From IMG/VR virus record IMGVR_UViG_3300021319_000003: a stretch of DNA of 64,000 nucleotides; one strand, given 5' to 3'. Below the pieces are notes generated by a model. That model had not been told where the DNA came from. It ran no database searches and saw nothing but the letters and a program-made list of their open reading frames with translations. The DNA is from a virus. Taxonomy: Duplodnaviria; Heunggongvirae; Uroviricota; Caudoviricetes. Each line of letters starts with the position of its first letter. The first letter of the stretch is position 1. A program made the position numbers and the translations under genes. Positions 63,830 to 64,000 of this stretch are shown here, piece after piece.

Positions 63830-64000
63830 CATGAAATACGATATTGTTCTCTGCGAGTGTGTTGGCAATAAAAGTCTTAACAAAGCAATCGTAGCTGAAA
63901 TGGCTGATATGCTTAATGACGGCGAGTTCTATCCCGTAGAATTTTACGCTGACCATGCTGAAGCGTCAGCTATCGGCTTCATTTCTCGTACAATCGCTGA
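63830..64000 (+). CDS. hypothetical protein, partial at window edge (duplicate of 59304-59606)
   Basis: MKYDIVLCECVGNK... is near-identical to the 59304 gene. Runs off the window. Confidence 0.5.

Larger units (their letters stand above)
63519..64000 (+). repeat. segmental duplication, copy 2 (truncated by window end)
   Basis: See copy 1. This copy lacks the 59014-59286 ORF. Confidence 0.6.

Noticed and set aside
1-64000. CRISPR array or cas genes
   Set aside because: There are no regularly spaced direct repeats with unique spacers. The repeated hairpins at 21830-31482 have different stems and irregular spacing, so they are not CRISPR repeats.
1-64000. Alternative genetic code (TGA or TAG recoding) for the whole phage
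   Set aside because: Clear genes such as ligA, the dCMP deaminase gene and kptA end with TGA, TAA or TAG in conserved positions, and many genes couple via ATGA/GTGA overlaps. The in-frame TGA (ISL3 transposase) and TAG (bactofilin-like gene) are therefore treated as local events.
1-64000. Prophage boundary or integrase/att site
   Set aside because: No tyrosine or serine recombinase is detectable and there is no host-like gene block. The tRNA 3'-half repeats are internal to the RNA island and associated with the HNH and IS insertions rather than genome ends.

Overview
The window reads as one segment of a large tailed-phage genome, with no integrase or host genes, so nothing marks it as a prophage. 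It holds more than 120 short, tightly packed + strand ORFs. They carry AGGAGG-type ribosome-binding sites, use TGA, TAA and TAG as stops, and many have overlapping ATGA or GTGA start/stop junctions. Recognisable functions:
- dCMP deaminase (4950-5636).
- NAD-dependent DNA ligase LigA (7883-9796).
- NrdG anaerobic RNR activase (17354-17857).
- HNH endonuclease (30385-31014).
- SPFH/band-7 protein (34611-35492).
- Pol-beta-type nucleotidyltransferase (38082-38837).
- Lar-like zinc ribbon (40194-40562).
- Orphan beta-class DNA methyltransferase (48806-49735).
- RNA 2'-phosphotransferase Tpt1/KptA (58152-58691).
- Panacea (DUF4065) domain protein (11361-11768).
- Bactofilin-like repeat protein (7170-7475).

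The most unusual part is a noncoding RNA island of about 13 kb (21.6-34.5 kb). It contains at least 12 canonical or near-canonical tRNAs, a tmRNA with a tag ending ...DEVEYRLAA, and several tRNA-like minihelix elements. It also has long structured ORF-free stretches and a family of six bipartite hairpins. These hairpins share a conserved GTTAACGT apical loop, have covarying stems, and sit directly at the 3' ends of RNA genes.

Two mobile-element insertions are present. An IscB (OMEGA RNA-guided nuclease) element splits a tRNA-Cys gene. An ISL3 transposase carrying an in-frame TGA lies next to a truncated TnpB and its putative omega RNA scaffold. Other features are paralogous small-protein families, a near-identical segmental duplication flanking the IS region, and an in-frame TAG inside the bactofilin repeat gene.

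All calls were made by eye from the sequence and the ORF track. RNA coordinates and isotypes are approximate and need tRNAscan-SE, ARAGORN or Infernal confirmation.
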